A stretch of DNA of 62,948 nucleotides, from assembly GCA_964344975.1 (NCBI GenBank), contig CAYFPK010000004.1, positions 1 through 62,948 of the forward strand, read 5' to 3'. The DNA comes from Candidatus Woesearchaeota archaeon (GTDB lineage: Archaea; Nanobdellota; Nanobdellia; SCGC-AAA011-G17; GW2011-AR18). Made by a program: the position numbers and the translations under genes. How positions within the stretch are numbered: the first letter of the stretch is position 1; the number at the start of each line of letters is the position of its first letter. Shown here one piece after another: positions 62,851-62,948 of this stretch. The notes beneath the pieces are model-generated. The model ran no database searches. It saw nothing but the letters and a program-made list of their open reading frames with translations, and had not been told where the DNA came from.

Positions 62851-62948
62851 ACGATTCTGTGCCAAATGGATGACATATAGTGTAGTAAGGAGCGTGACGT
62901 CCTCCCCGCCCTAAAGGATCTCGCTTCGCTCGATTTGCTCCACTTCGT

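Noticed and set aside
62490-62948. tRNA, C/D-box sRNA or rRNA 3' end in the terminal non-coding region
   Set aside because: I could not build a cloverleaf (no GTTCRAnnC T-loop), found no ordered C (RUGAUGA) and D (CUGA) box pair, and the ggctgaggtggagc stretch does not match the 16S 3' terminus. It is left as unexplained structured DNA.
1-62948. CRISPR arrays, cas genes, integrases, transposases, rRNA or tRNA genes
   Set aside because: Reading intergenic regions on both strands, I found no regularly spaced direct repeats and no cloverleaf candidates. No ORF showed Cas, integrase or transposase motifs.

Overview
This 62.9-kb window is archaeal and gene-dense (about 95 features). All family calls come from motifs read in the translations; I ran no database search. 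The archaeal assignment rests on a long minus-strand ribosomal-protein operon (uL3 to uL15, then SecY, 5.2-18.5 kb) containing the archaea/eukaryote-only proteins L32e, L19e, S4e, aSUI1 and Rpp29. It is also supported by L14e, L34e, prefoldin alpha, aEF-1beta, CDP-archaeol synthase, an SRP (7S) RNA, and the archaeal AMP-salvage trio: AMP phosphorylase, form III RuBisCO and ribose-1,5-bisphosphate isomerase. Small genes, absence of adk and cmk from their usual places, many orphan ORFs and surface proteins fit a reduced DPANN-like archaeon, but taxonomy cannot be established from this window. First genes of transcription units are typically preceded by an AAGCTTTAAAT-type BRE/TATA element 22-25 nt upstream of the start codon, which suggests leaderless mRNAs. 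Internal operon genes carry GGAGG-like Shine-Dalgarno sites. The most interesting candidate is a tightly coupled five-gene minus-strand operon at 55.5-62.5 kb. It encodes an Mpg/AAG-like DNA glycosylase, a 1167-aa SNF2 translocase fused to a Rossmann SAM-methyltransferase-like domain, and three paralogous proteins built from two kinds of ~57-aa repeats, all ending in the same ELAALEELVEVL-type peptide. I cannot assign it to any defence or repair system I know. Other notable items are: a perfect 1077-bp tandem duplication bounded by a 13-bp microhomology that doubles an orphan gene; an AsnB-like amidotransferase fused to a Dph6/MJ0570 PP-loop domain; an orphan radical SAM/SPASM gene sitting where cmk usually lies; lysine-rich and repeat extensions on ribosomal proteins; a toxin-like gene followed by two DUF2283-like genes; a transglutaminase-like orphan; a HIT protein lacking two triad histidines; and a structured non-coding region at the right edge.
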